From positions 1 to 24,615 of IMG/VR virus record IMGVR_UViG_3300022183_000069: a DNA stretch of 24,615 nt; one strand, given 5' to 3'. The notes under the pieces were generated by a model. It was not told where the DNA came from. It was given only the letters and a program-made list of their open reading frames with translations, and ran no database searches. Made by a program: the position numbers and the translations under genes. The first letter of the stretch is position 1, and each line of letters opens with the position of its first letter. Source of the stretch: a virus. Lineage: Duplodnaviria > Caudoviricetes. This document shows, piece by piece, positions 17,621-24,603 of the stretch.

Positions 17621-17835
17621 GGCTGCTGAGATTCTCGACACGATCACCATTTGAGGGCTTGAAGCGCGAGATTCAGCGCCGTAAGTTCGAGGCCACGTTA
17701 AAGCCTCGTATCGACGCTGAGGTTGAACGCTGGCATAAAGCACAACCGCCAACTATGCCGCCACCTGAGCGCGTAGACGACCTCCACATAAGATCACCCT
17801 GGAGTAATGACGAACAGCAAACCGATCAGCCTTGA
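17596..17835 (+). CDS. -1 frame extension (79 aa) of the holin-like gene
   Basis: Open frame GLIPADGRWLLRFSTRSPFEGLKREIQRRKFEATLKPRIDAEVERWHKAQPPTMPPPERVDDLHIRSPWSNDEQQTDQP* fills the apparent 200-nt gap. No ATG until 17755; only a TTG at 17659. Confidence 0.65.
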   Translation, partial: GLIPADGRWLLRFSTRSPFEGLKREIQRRKFEATLKPRIDAEVERWHKAQPPTMPPPERVDDLHIRSPWSNDEQQTDQP

Positions 17836-18874
17836 GCAGCTTTTCAGGTACTACAAAGAGTTGCCGCATCAAACCGCAGCGATTCAGGAGCTAGAAGCGG
17901 ATCTAGCTGCCAATGGCTATGAAGTCGCGATGCGTCGCGATCGGGGCTGGTTTGCGACGTGGAGCCAGTCAGGCAAACAGCGCGACTATCAAGGGGCAAT
18001 CGCACTGATCCAGCAGTTTGAAGGCTTCCATCACGATGCGTACCTCTGCCCCGCTGGGGTGTGGTCACTGGGCTGGGGGAACACGACAAAGGCTGACGGT
18101 TCACCGGTAGTTCCTGGCGACCGGATCAGCCAAGAGGACGGCGATGCCCTTTTGCAGAAAACGATTGATGGGATTGTTAGGGTATTGGCCGGGTCGATTC
18201 CGTACTGGTCCGCCATGAAGGAAAATCAGCAATCGGTGCTGATCAGTTTCGCGTACAACCTGGGGAGCTATTTCTACGGGCAACCAGGCTTTGAGACGAT
18301 TAGCCGTTGCCTGCGCGAGCGGACCTACAAGAGCGTGCCGAGTGCGCTGCTGCTCTACTGCAATCCGGGCAGCGCGTTTGAAGCTGGCCTTACGCGCAGG
18401 CGCAAAGCTGAGGGCATGTTGTGGGCTGGGGAACAGGCTGCAGCGCCAGAGCCTGCAAAGATCAGGCCAGAGTCACCATTTAGCACCCGGCTAACGCCAC
18501 ATATCACGCTAGGTGAATTTGCGCTGGGTCAAGAGGCACGCAGGTTTGAGCATCAATACCAAGTGGATATGGCCGCTGAGCTGGCGGCATTCCTTGAGCG
18601 TGTTCGCGTCAGATTTGACGGGAAGCCAATCATCATCACGTCTGGCTACAGGCCACCGGCAATTAATCGCTCAGTCGGCGGAGCAAGCGGATCCGAGCAC
18701 CTGTATCGGTACGGGGAAGGCGCTGTGGACTTTTACGTGCAAGGTGTTGATATTTACGACGTACAAGATTGGTGTGATCAAAACTGGCTTCATAGTCTAG
18801 GATATGGTGCGGATAAAGGTTTCGTTCATCTTGGAATTAGAAAAGGCAGGCCAAGAATACGCTGGGATTATTAA
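17807..18874 (+). CDS. Modular endolysin: N-terminal helical domain + GH24 lysozyme + peptidase M15
   Basis: IQQFEGFHHDAYLCPAGVWSLGWGNT, LISFAYNLG and GLTRRRKAE (GH24); ITSGYRP...GGASGSEH...AVDF...FVHLG (M15 Zn peptidase). Confidence 0.9.
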   Translation: MTNSKPISLEQLFRYYKELPHQTAAIQELEADLAANGYEVAMRRDRGWFATWSQSGKQRDYQGAIALIQQFEGFHHDAYLCPAGVWSLGWGNTTKADGSPVVPGDRISQEDGDALLQKTIDGIVRVLAGSIPYWSAMKENQQSVLISFAYNLGSYFYGQPGFETISRCLRERTYKSVPSALLLYCNPGSAFEAGLTRRRKAEGMLWAGEQAAAPEPAKIRPESPFSTRLTPHITLGEFALGQEARRFEHQYQVDMAAELAAFLERVRVRFDGKPIIITSGYRPPAINRSVGGASGSEHLYRYGEGAVDFYVQGVDIYDVQDWCDQNWLHSLGYGADKGFVHLGIRKGRPRIRWDY

Positions 18875-19393
18875 ATGACTGTTCTTTGTGACTGGGAAAT
18901 TAAATCGCTTTGCTACGGCGGAGCGATGGAAGATTGGTCTGAAGATCTAATCAACCCGGCCTCGCTTGATGTAAGGCTGGGCAGTGGATTGATGATTGAA
19001 GTCGCAGGGCAGAAAGACCTGCTCCATGTTGACATCTCCAGCCGGACAGAAAAGAACCCTTATCGCTTGACCCCAGGAGAATTTGTCCTGGCCGAAACGC
19101 ATGAAACTTTCAAGCAAATACCTGATTACATTTGCGCTCAGTTTGCACTGAAATCGAGCAGGGCCAGGGAGGGGTACGAAAATCTTCTTGCCGGATGGAT
19201 TGATCCAGGCTTTTGCAACAGTAAGCTTACGCTTGAGCTAGTAAACGTAAGGCGACATTACGATCTTCCGCTATACCCTGGCTTAAAAATAGGGCAAATC
19301 GTGTTCATGAGGATGAGCGAAACTCCTCTAAATAGTTACTCAAAGACGGGGCGCTATAACGGTGACGCAAGGGTACAGGGCAGCAAAGGGTGA
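18875..19393 (+). CDS. dcd: dCTP deaminase
   Basis: INPASLDVRLG, PGEFVLAETHE, KSSRAREG, AGWIDPGF, LTLELVN, PGLKIGQIVF, GRY motifs. Confidence 0.92.
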   Translation: MTVLCDWEIKSLCYGGAMEDWSEDLINPASLDVRLGSGLMIEVAGQKDLLHVDISSRTEKNPYRLTPGEFVLAETHETFKQIPDYICAQFALKSSRAREGYENLLAGWIDPGFCNSKLTLELVNVRRHYDLPLYPGLKIGQIVFMRMSETPLNSYSKTGRYNGDARVQGSKG

Positions 19394-19472
19394 AGCAGGG
19401 TGCTTGGCTACCATTAGGAAGCCTGATGACGGCAGTGAGTGGCAGCTGAGTTCAGGCAGTGTCGAAGAAGCA

Positions 19473-19501
19473 GTCTGTGCCGGGAGTACCTCAGCACAGA
19501 C
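19473..19501 (+). promoter_or_regulatory. Hairpin directly upstream of the HNH start codon
   Basis: gtctgtgc (19473-80) is the perfect reverse complement of gcacagac (19494-501); ATG is at 19505. Confidence 0.5.
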
Positions 19502-19504
19502 CTA

Positions 19505-20071
19505 ATGAAGCATGAAAAAAATGGATGGGTATGCGATCCTCACATGTGCCCTCGGAGGGTGCCGGAAAATAATAATTCTTATCAAGTCGAAAAGCGCTAT
19601 CTGACAACAGCGAGAATCATGTTTCTGACCTCGGCAAAAGAGGACCAAGACCCTGAAGAGTTTAGTGAAATTTTCGCTTCAAGACTTGAAGAGTTGACAG
19701 AAGAAATAGTAAGTTTTGACTTAGAAGTTGTGCCGTTAAATGGCGGCTTTATTGGTCATGAGATCATAGGCTCTGAACTTGTACCTAAAAAAGCAAGCAA
19801 ACACAGGTTCAGAAAGCAGATTTTAGACGAATGGGATAATCGCTGCGCCTACTGCGGCCAGCCCGGTGACACGCTGGATCACATTCTTGCAAGATCCAAA
19901 GGCGGCAGCATGAGCGTCACTAACAATCTCTTATGCTGTTGCAGGTTTTGCAACGGATCCAAGAGCGACAAACCTGTATGGGAATGGTTCAGGCGTCAGC
20001 CTTTTTGGAGTCAAGAGCGTGAAGACCATATCAAATACTGGATGGAGCATGGAACACTAGACGAGATTTAG
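19505..20071 (+). CDS. HNH endonuclease with an acidic N-terminal extension
   Basis: CAYCG...TLDHILARSKGG...NLLCCCRFCNGSKSD. Start taken as ATG 19505 (the track uses GTG 19439). Confidence 0.85.
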   Translation: MKHEKNGWVCDPHMCPRRVPENNNSYQVEKRYLTTARIMFLTSAKEDQDPEEFSEIFASRLEELTEEIVSFDLEVVPLNGGFIGHEIIGSELVPKKASKHRFRKQILDEWDNRCAYCGQPGDTLDHILARSKGGSMSVTNNLLCCCRFCNGSKSDKPVWEWFRRQPFWSQEREDHIKYWMEHGTLDEI

Positions 20072-20310
20072 GGGCTCATCATGTGATACAAGTAAGTTTT
20101 TGCACGCCAAAAGTTATCTGAATATCTGCAAATTGCTCCACCTGGGCCGCAAGACCTGTAGTGAACGCCTTGCTCGTTATCGCGCAAGATCTCAATATAG
20201 AATCCATTGCCAAAATCTATCGCCCAGCTAGGGACTTCAGTCGTTGATCCAAAAGGCCGAGCATTGGCTGGCAAATCTTCCGCCACTTGATTTCCCCTCG
20301 GCAAAACCAA
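20068..20310 (-). CDS. Hypothetical protein (start uncertain)
   Basis: Protein-like C-terminal part (IDFGNGFYIEIL...YRSCGPGGAICRYSDNFWRA). The 5' part overlaps the upstream gene. Confidence 0.6.
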   Translation of the reverse strand: MVLPRGNQVAEDLPANARPFGSTTEVPSWAIDFGNGFYIEILRDNEQGVHYRSCGPGGAICRYSDNFWRAKTYLYHMMSP

Positions 20311-20545
20311 GACTGCATTCTGATTTTACTAACTTCCAATGCAGGCACTGCCAACAATACGGCTTTGGATTAGCAACCGCTCGCAAATCAGCATAAAGCT
20401 GCTCGCCTAGCAGTATTGCGCTTTCAGCTGTGACTGCGTTTAGACCTATCTCGAAAACATCAGAATCGGTCTTGATAGTCGCAATCCATTCTCCGTTTTT
20501 TTCGGAAATGTTTAATTTGCCGGAATGAGAGCGATGGCTTGTCAT
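20237..20545 (-). CDS. Hypothetical protein with a C-terminal Cys4 putative metal-binding motif
   Basis: CWQCLHW...C...C; ATGA coupled. Confidence 0.75.
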   Translation of the reverse strand: MTSHRSHSGKLNISEKNGEWIATIKTDSDVFEIGLNAVTAESAILLGEQLYADLRAVANPKPYCWQCLHWKLVKSECSLGFAEGKSSGGRFASQCSAFWIND

Positions 20546-20715
20546 TTGGGGCGATCAAGAAAAAAAGCTTTTAGTTCTTGCGCTGAAGCTTGGGCGTCTG
20601 ACTCAGTCTGCTCCGAATTGCCCCAATAGACAACTTTCCCATCAAAATACCAGGGCTTGAAGTACGATTCCACCCCGTGTGCGATTAATTTTATACCTGT
20701 TTCGGATAAATTCAT
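20542..20715 (-). CDS. Hypothetical protein (57 aa), not in the ORF track
   Basis: MNLSETGIKLIAHGVESYFKPWYFDGKVVYWGNSEQTESDAQASAQELKAFFLDRPK*; fills the gap exactly with an ATGA overlap. Confidence 0.75.
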   Translation of the reverse strand: MNLSETGIKLIAHGVESYFKPWYFDGKVVYWGNSEQTESDAQASAQELKAFFLDRPK

Positions 20716-20718
20716 CGC

Positions 20719-21015
20719 TCAATCGTGATTCAAAATCAGGTCTTCCTCCAAGGACTTCAGTTCCTTGGCTGCACATACTCTCATTTGGTCGTGCTCAGAT
20801 GATGAGTTGAACCCATCCCAGCGCACAGCAAGATACTTGCGCTGATGGCCATCTTTTCTGGTCTTGGTCCTAAGTTCTGTTACGGTGCCAACCCGCGAGG
20901 AGTAGCGGCGCTGATTCTCTGCCTTAACAGCAATGCCCAGGTGAATGCGAGGTTTTTCAGCAACTCGATCACCAACGGCAAACTTAAACGGAGTGCGACG
21001 TGATTCTTTTGTCAT
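20719..21015 (-). CDS. Basic hypothetical protein, possible SH3/Tudor-like fold
   Basis: Start at ATG 21015 overlapping the thyX stop (ATGA). 'KFAVGDRV...VGTVTE...YLAVRWD' pattern. Confidence 0.7.
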   Translation of the reverse strand: MTKESRRTPFKFAVGDRVAEKPRIHLGIAVKAENQRRYSSRVGTVTELRTKTRKDGHQRKYLAVRWDGFNSSSEHDQMRVCAAKELKSLEEDLILNHD

Positions 21016-21737
21016 GGTGCTAAACGGGCCTTGCCCCAGCGATTTTTTGTGTACCAGCCGTGAACTGATGGGATCCATTGCTCGAAATGAGGCATCATCA
21101 ACTGACACAGCTGATGAATTTCTATCTGGGCATCAGTCTTGCCCCGTAGGTCAAGGAAGTGCATCAGGCTGCGGAGGTTAAACGTTACGACAAAATGTTG
21201 GCGGTAGTCAAATGGCAGCACTCCTCTAGCGTGTTCCTCCGAAATACCAGCATCCAAAGCTTGCTTATAGCGCCGAGCAGAATCCTCGCAGTGCTGCAGA
21301 TCCTTAGCTCGTAGTCGCTCGTCGTATGTGTATCGCTTGCCTTGGCGGTTGGTGTAGTCACCAATAGGCCGGAGGTAGAAAGCTTCCTCGACATCGACAA
21401 TGCCCTCAGCCACAGCAGCAATGCGCTGGCCGGTGTAGCGCATCGACTGAACGTCCCAGCTGGTGCCCACCCGGTGCGTTCGTGCTTGTTGGATCACCGA
21501 GTGGGGAAAATAGCCAACAGCGAACGTGATGCTGGCGTGTTCGAGTGGGCCGTAATGGCCGCGACCTCCCAGCAGTAGGTGCTTGACAATTCGATCACCA
21601 GCGTCTGGCTCCCCAAGGGGTTCGTCATAAAAAATCCAGCCCTCTGAATAGTCCTGATGCATCGCTTGCCAGCAAAGCGTGGCCGGATCTTTGGTTCGGC
21701 TCAAGATGCCAACCTGAAAACGTGGGTCAATTTTCAT
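21012..21737 (-). CDS. thyX: Flavin-dependent thymidylate synthase
   Basis: GHYGPLEH, QQARTHRVGTSWDVQSMRY (ThyX motif, cyanobacterial-like), EEHARGVLP, NLRSLMHFLDLR, AQIEI; SD AAGGAG. Confidence 0.95.
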   Translation of the reverse strand: MKIDPRFQVGILSRTKDPATLCWQAMHQDYSEGWIFYDEPLGEPDAGDRIVKHLLLGGRGHYGPLEHASITFAVGYFPHSVIQQARTHRVGTSWDVQSMRYTGQRIAAVAEGIVDVEEAFYLRPIGDYTNRQGKRYTYDERLRAKDLQHCEDSARRYKQALDAGISEEHARGVLPFDYRQHFVVTFNLRSLMHFLDLRGKTDAQIEIHQLCQLMMPHFEQWIPSVHGWYTKNRWGKARLAP

Positions 21738-21897
21738 TGCTGATCTCCTTTACGAGCATTCTCAGTTCATCCTCGTCTAACGAATCAACGGCTGACAAGA
21801 ATCCAGCTGTGATTGCAGTGACGAGACGTTGAGGGCTAATCATTGCTAGGAACGCAAATTGCAAGCGGGTTAAAAGGCTAAATTTGAGATTAGGCAT
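21727..21897 (-). CDS. Hypothetical protein (56 aa), not in the ORF track
   Basis: MPNLKFSLLTRLQFAFLAMISPQRLVTAITAGFLSAVDSLDEDELRMLVKEISNEN*; SD AGGAGG, TAATG coupled. Confidence 0.75.
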   Translation of the reverse strand: MPNLKFSLLTRLQFAFLAMISPQRLVTAITAGFLSAVDSLDEDELRMLVKEISNEN

Positions 21898-22079
21898 TAG
21901 TTTTCCTCCTGTGTTGTTGGTAAAATGATGTCATCGGGTTTGATGTACCCTGCCTTGCGAGCAAAATGAAAAAGGGTGGTCAACATCCCGAAGTTGCTTT
22001 GGATCTCTATGGAGTCCTTGAAAGCGCTCGACTGGTGGGTTGGCTCAGAGGGTGTCAAATCTTTGTTGTTATGTGTCAT
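21897..22079 (-). CDS. Hypothetical protein (60 aa)
   Basis: Start at ATG 22079 behind CAGGAGG; ends PTTQEEN*. Confidence 0.7.
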   Translation of the reverse strand: MTHNNKDLTPSEPTHQSSAFKDSIEIQSNFGMLTTLFHFARKAGYIKPDDIILPTTQEEN

Positions 22080-22356
22080 TGTTGTCCTCCTGTGTTGTTG
22101 TTGTTGTTGGGCGCATTGCTTCTCTGAAGGCATTGACCACTAAGTAGCGATCACTCCGGTATTCACCGTCATAGCTCAGGCTATGGTCCATATTACAATT
22201 CTTAAGCCACTCAATTGCCTGCTCCAACTGGGCCTCACGACCTAAATCGTAAGCGGCTTGAATGGCTGGAGTACCAAAGACTCTCACTGAAATCCAAGAC
22301 ACAGAAATGGCCACCACAATGAGCGCCATTTCTGTCAATACAATGGTTGTTTCCAT
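22069..22356 (-). CDS. Hypothetical protein with an N-terminal TM helix; C-terminal half paralogous to 22553-22795
   Basis: REAQLEQAIEWL...EAMRPTTTTTQEDN; SD AAGGAGG. Confidence 0.75.
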   Translation of the reverse strand: METTIVLTEMALIVVAISVSWISVRVFGTPAIQAAYDLGREAQLEQAIEWLKNCNMDHSLSYDGEYRSDRYLVVNAFREAMRPTTTTTQEDNNDT

Positions 22357-22556
22357 CAGTTGTCCTCCTTAACCCAAAGACAGGAGAAGAAAATTTTCAT
22401 CATAAATCTTACGAAACGATTTGGAACTTGACCCTTTACTGGAAAGTAAATAATCCCTTGGCCATCGGGTCTGTTTCCAAATAAATAGCACTTCCAGTCA
22501 GAAGGTTCTGGTTGATTGAAAATTGGGTAGGTTTTTAATCCCTTTGGCTCATTCAT
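22356..22556 (-). CDS. Hypothetical protein
   Basis: 66 aa, SD CAGGAGG, coupled at both ends. Confidence 0.75.
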   Translation of the reverse strand: MNEPKGLKTYPIFNQPEPSDWKCYLFGNRPDGQGIIYFPVKGQVPNRFVRFMMKIFFSCLWVKEDN

Positions 22557-22795
22557 GAGTCCTCCTGTGGTTTTGTTGGGCGCATTGCTTTCAACTTTTG
22601 ACCAAAATCAAGAAGATCCTGAATGTCAGTCCTTGGTGATTCCAAGCACTGCTCCCAGGCTGTAATCACCTTCTCAAGCTGCCAGTCAGCAGCAGCTCGC
22701 ATGTCCGTCATAATCCCTTCTTCATCGCAATCCTCAAAGGGAAAGCAAGAAAGCTCTTCGCAGATTGTGTCAGTCAGTGGGTGTTGGTCAGTCAT
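22553..22795 (-). CDS. Hypothetical protein (80 aa)
   Basis: Start at ATG 22795 (ATGA overlap); MTDQHPLTD...DMRAAADWQLEKVI...AMRPTKPQEDS*. Confidence 0.75.
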   Translation of the reverse strand: MTDQHPLTDTICEELSCFPFEDCDEEGIMTDMRAAADWQLEKVITAWEQCLESPRTDIQDLLDFGQKLKAMRPTKPQEDS

Positions 22796-22956
22796 TGATT
22801 GTGCATCTCCAAGACATGCTTGCAGGCCATTATGTAACCATCCCAATAACGGGAATCATCATGACGGCGCTGGAGCGCCTTTTCATAGCTGTTGTAGGCA
22901 TCAATTAATAAGCCCTTTACGGACTCAACACTGATGTCTAATGGTGTTTCATTCAT
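22792..22956 (-). CDS. Hypothetical protein (54 aa), not in the ORF track
   Basis: MNETPLDISVESVKGLLIDAYNSYEKALQRRHDDSRYWDGYIMACKHVLEMHNQ*; overlaps both neighbours. Confidence 0.75.
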   Translation of the reverse strand: MNETPLDISVESVKGLLIDAYNSYEKALQRRHDDSRYWDGYIMACKHVLEMHNQ

Positions 22957-23338
22957 TGGATTCTGCGCGAGCGATCACTGAGGCTTCATCTTGAATTTTT
23001 TTAAGTGAAGTAGGGCCAAGTTCTTCGAGAAGAATGCGAAGAAAATGATCCTGATAAAGATCCGAATAGCTTTTAGGGAGAGGCTTGCTTACTGCCTCAA
23101 CCTTTGTCGCAAACTGCATGGAAATCCTGAGCTTTTTCTTTGCCCTGTACTCCCATTGCCGGTCTGGCTTGTGGCCGTACTTTGTCTCAAAACTTGAAAC
23201 TTCTTCGATTTGAGTCGTGATTTCATCGATGCACTCCATAAGCTCGTCATAAAGCTTGCGAAGATCTTGAGGCTGCATGTTTGGCAGCTCTTCAGTTAAG
23301 ACTGGCCTGCCAAGAGAGGTGCTGTTGTAAATTGCCAT
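22949..23338 (-). CDS. Helical hypothetical protein
   Basis: 129-aa ORF in operon orientation with coiled-coil character. Confidence 0.75.
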   Translation of the reverse strand: MAIYNSTSLGRPVLTEELPNMQPQDLRKLYDELMECIDEITTQIEEVSSFETKYGHKPDRQWEYRAKKKLRISMQFATKVEAVSKPLPKSYSDLYQDHFLRILLEELGPTSLKKIQDEASVIARAESNE

Positions 23339-23343
23339 TTTTT

Positions 23344-23368
23344 AAAAAAGGGCAGAATAAATCTGCCC
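23344..23368 (-). terminator. Rho-independent terminator
   Basis: On the - strand GGGCAGA-TTTAT-TCTGCCC-TTTTTT, starting 9 nt after the SSB-like stop. Confidence 0.8.
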
Positions 23369-23377
23369 CGGTAGGGT

Positions 23378-23746
23378 TCAAAAGATGTCGTCTATGACGT
23401 TGCCGTCAGTGGCTTTGGCCACAGACTGGGCTGCGTCATTGACAGCGCCTTCAGTGTTTTTCTCGTACTTATAGTGAGGCTTGAAGGACAGGCTGACGTA
23501 AGTCTTGCCGCTTGCTGATTGCTTCTTCCAGCCGCTAATAGCGAGTGGAATTTCATTGCGCTCACCAATAGGCTTGCCCTGCATGATGTACTCCGCTAAA
23601 GCGTAAGCCTGGTCAGCAGGAATGTTGATGACGCCCTCAGCAGTTGGGTACGACTTGGAGGGGTCGTACTTGTCTTTCATTCGAGCCTTTAAGTCCTCAG
23701 CGGTTTGAGGAAATAATGCTCCATTTACTGAGAATGAATCGGTCAT
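23378..23746 (-). CDS. Putative single-stranded DNA-binding protein (DUF736-like OB fold)
   Basis: ISGWKKQSASGKTYVSLSF motif and an acidic-aromatic tail (IDDIF). Confidence 0.6.
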   Translation of the reverse strand: MTDSFSVNGALFPQTAEDLKARMKDKYDPSKSYPTAEGVINIPADQAYALAEYIMQGKPIGERNEIPLAISGWKKQSASGKTYVSLSFKPHYKYEKNTEGAVNDAAQSVAKATDGNVIDDIF

Positions 23747-24018
23747 GATTTTGCTTTGCAGATGATGTAGCAGCCGTTTTGGATTGGCTCGGACTGGACT
23801 GAAAACTTGTACTGATCAGACTCCTTGGTCATGCGACCAGCGATCTGAGCGATAGTGCTGGCCCTATAGCCTTCATTGCTTTCATTGCTGTAATAAGAAA
23901 CAAAAAGACTGGTCTCAGGAGTCAAAGAAGCGATTTTATCTCGCAATGGGCCTGTTTTGATGTGTCGGCTTGTGCGTGCTGGAATGTCAGCAGCGCTGAC
24001 AACCTTAATGGAAGACAT
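23743..24018 (-). CDS. Hypothetical protein
   Basis: 91 aa with an ATGA overlap. Confidence 0.7.
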   Translation of the reverse strand: MSSIKVVSAADIPARTSRHIKTGPLRDKIASLTPETSLFVSYYSNESNEGYRASTIAQIAGRMTKESDQYKFSVQSEPIQNGCYIICKAKS

Positions 24019-24045
24019 GGAAGGTGTTGGCTTGCGATAAATATT

Positions 24046-24603
24046 TTAACTCAAGCTTGCGATTTTAGCAATAAGCTGACTGTGCTCCTCCTCTGAAAGA
24101 TCGTTTGAAGCCCTTAGTTCCGAAATGCGCTGACGAATCGAATCAAGCTGCGATGGGTCAGCCTCATCAATCTTTTTCATTGCAGGCTTGAACACACCTG
24201 TAGGGTGCAGCTTTTGCACGATTTTGCGCCGTTTTGGCGGTGTCCACTCACAGCTGATCTCTTCGTCAATCTCAGGACTGCCATAAACGCGGATGCAAGG
24301 TTCGTCCTTGCGAAGCGGGTGAGGCATGACCTGATTAGTCGCGTAGAAAGTCACACGCTTGCCAGGCCATAGCGCCACATCATTACCCAAGAGCTTGATC
24401 AGCGGAATGGCGTTGATTTTGGCCAGAGTCAGTTCGGAATTGATTTCTTGAAACGACATGATCGTTTGAAGCTTGGGCTCCTGATCGTCGAAAGTAACCT
24501 CAGCCTTGCGAACGCCTTTGACTGTCAGAGTCATGCGCCCGGAAGCCGGGAACATAAATGCCTTGAGCCAAGGCTCGTTCATCAAGTCACCTACAAATTG
24601 CAT
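24046..24603 (-). CDS. Putative OB-fold ssDNA-binding/recombination-module protein
   Basis: 'LTLAKINA...LLGND...WPGKRVTFY...CIRV' pattern resembles phage SSB-like proteins. GGAGG upstream and a TGATG junction at 24601-24605. Confidence 0.5.
   Translation of the reverse strand: MQFVGDLMNEPWLKAFMFPASGRMTLTVKGVRKAEVTFDDQEPKLQTIMSFQEINSELTLAKINAIPLIKLLGNDVALWPGKRVTFYATNQVMPHPLRKDEPCIRVYGSPEIDEEISCEWTPPKRRKIVQKLHPTGVFKPAMKKIDEADPSQLDSIRQRISELRASNDLSEEEHSQLIAKIASLS

Larger units (their letters stand above)
21904..22590 (-). repeat. Four copies of a gene-end/RBS module (GCAATGCGCCCAACAA...ACAGGAGGACAAC-type)
   Basis: Copies at 21904-21920, 22081-22121, 22359-22369 and 22559-22590. 18 bp exact between 22104-22121 and 22573-22590; 16 bp exact between 21904-21919 and 22085-22100. 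Confidence 0.85.

Noticed and set aside
19423-19470. Hammerhead ribozyme (CTGATGA ... GAA)
   Set aside because: No GAAA core and no convincing stems I-III.
20068-20071. Attachment site or bidirectional terminator at the convergence of the two arms
   Set aside because: The stop codons overlap directly; there is no intergenic space, hairpin, integrase or tRNA.
21904-22590. CRISPR array
   Set aside because: The repeats are degenerate, irregularly spaced (about 180-280 nt) and coincide with gene ends and RBSs.
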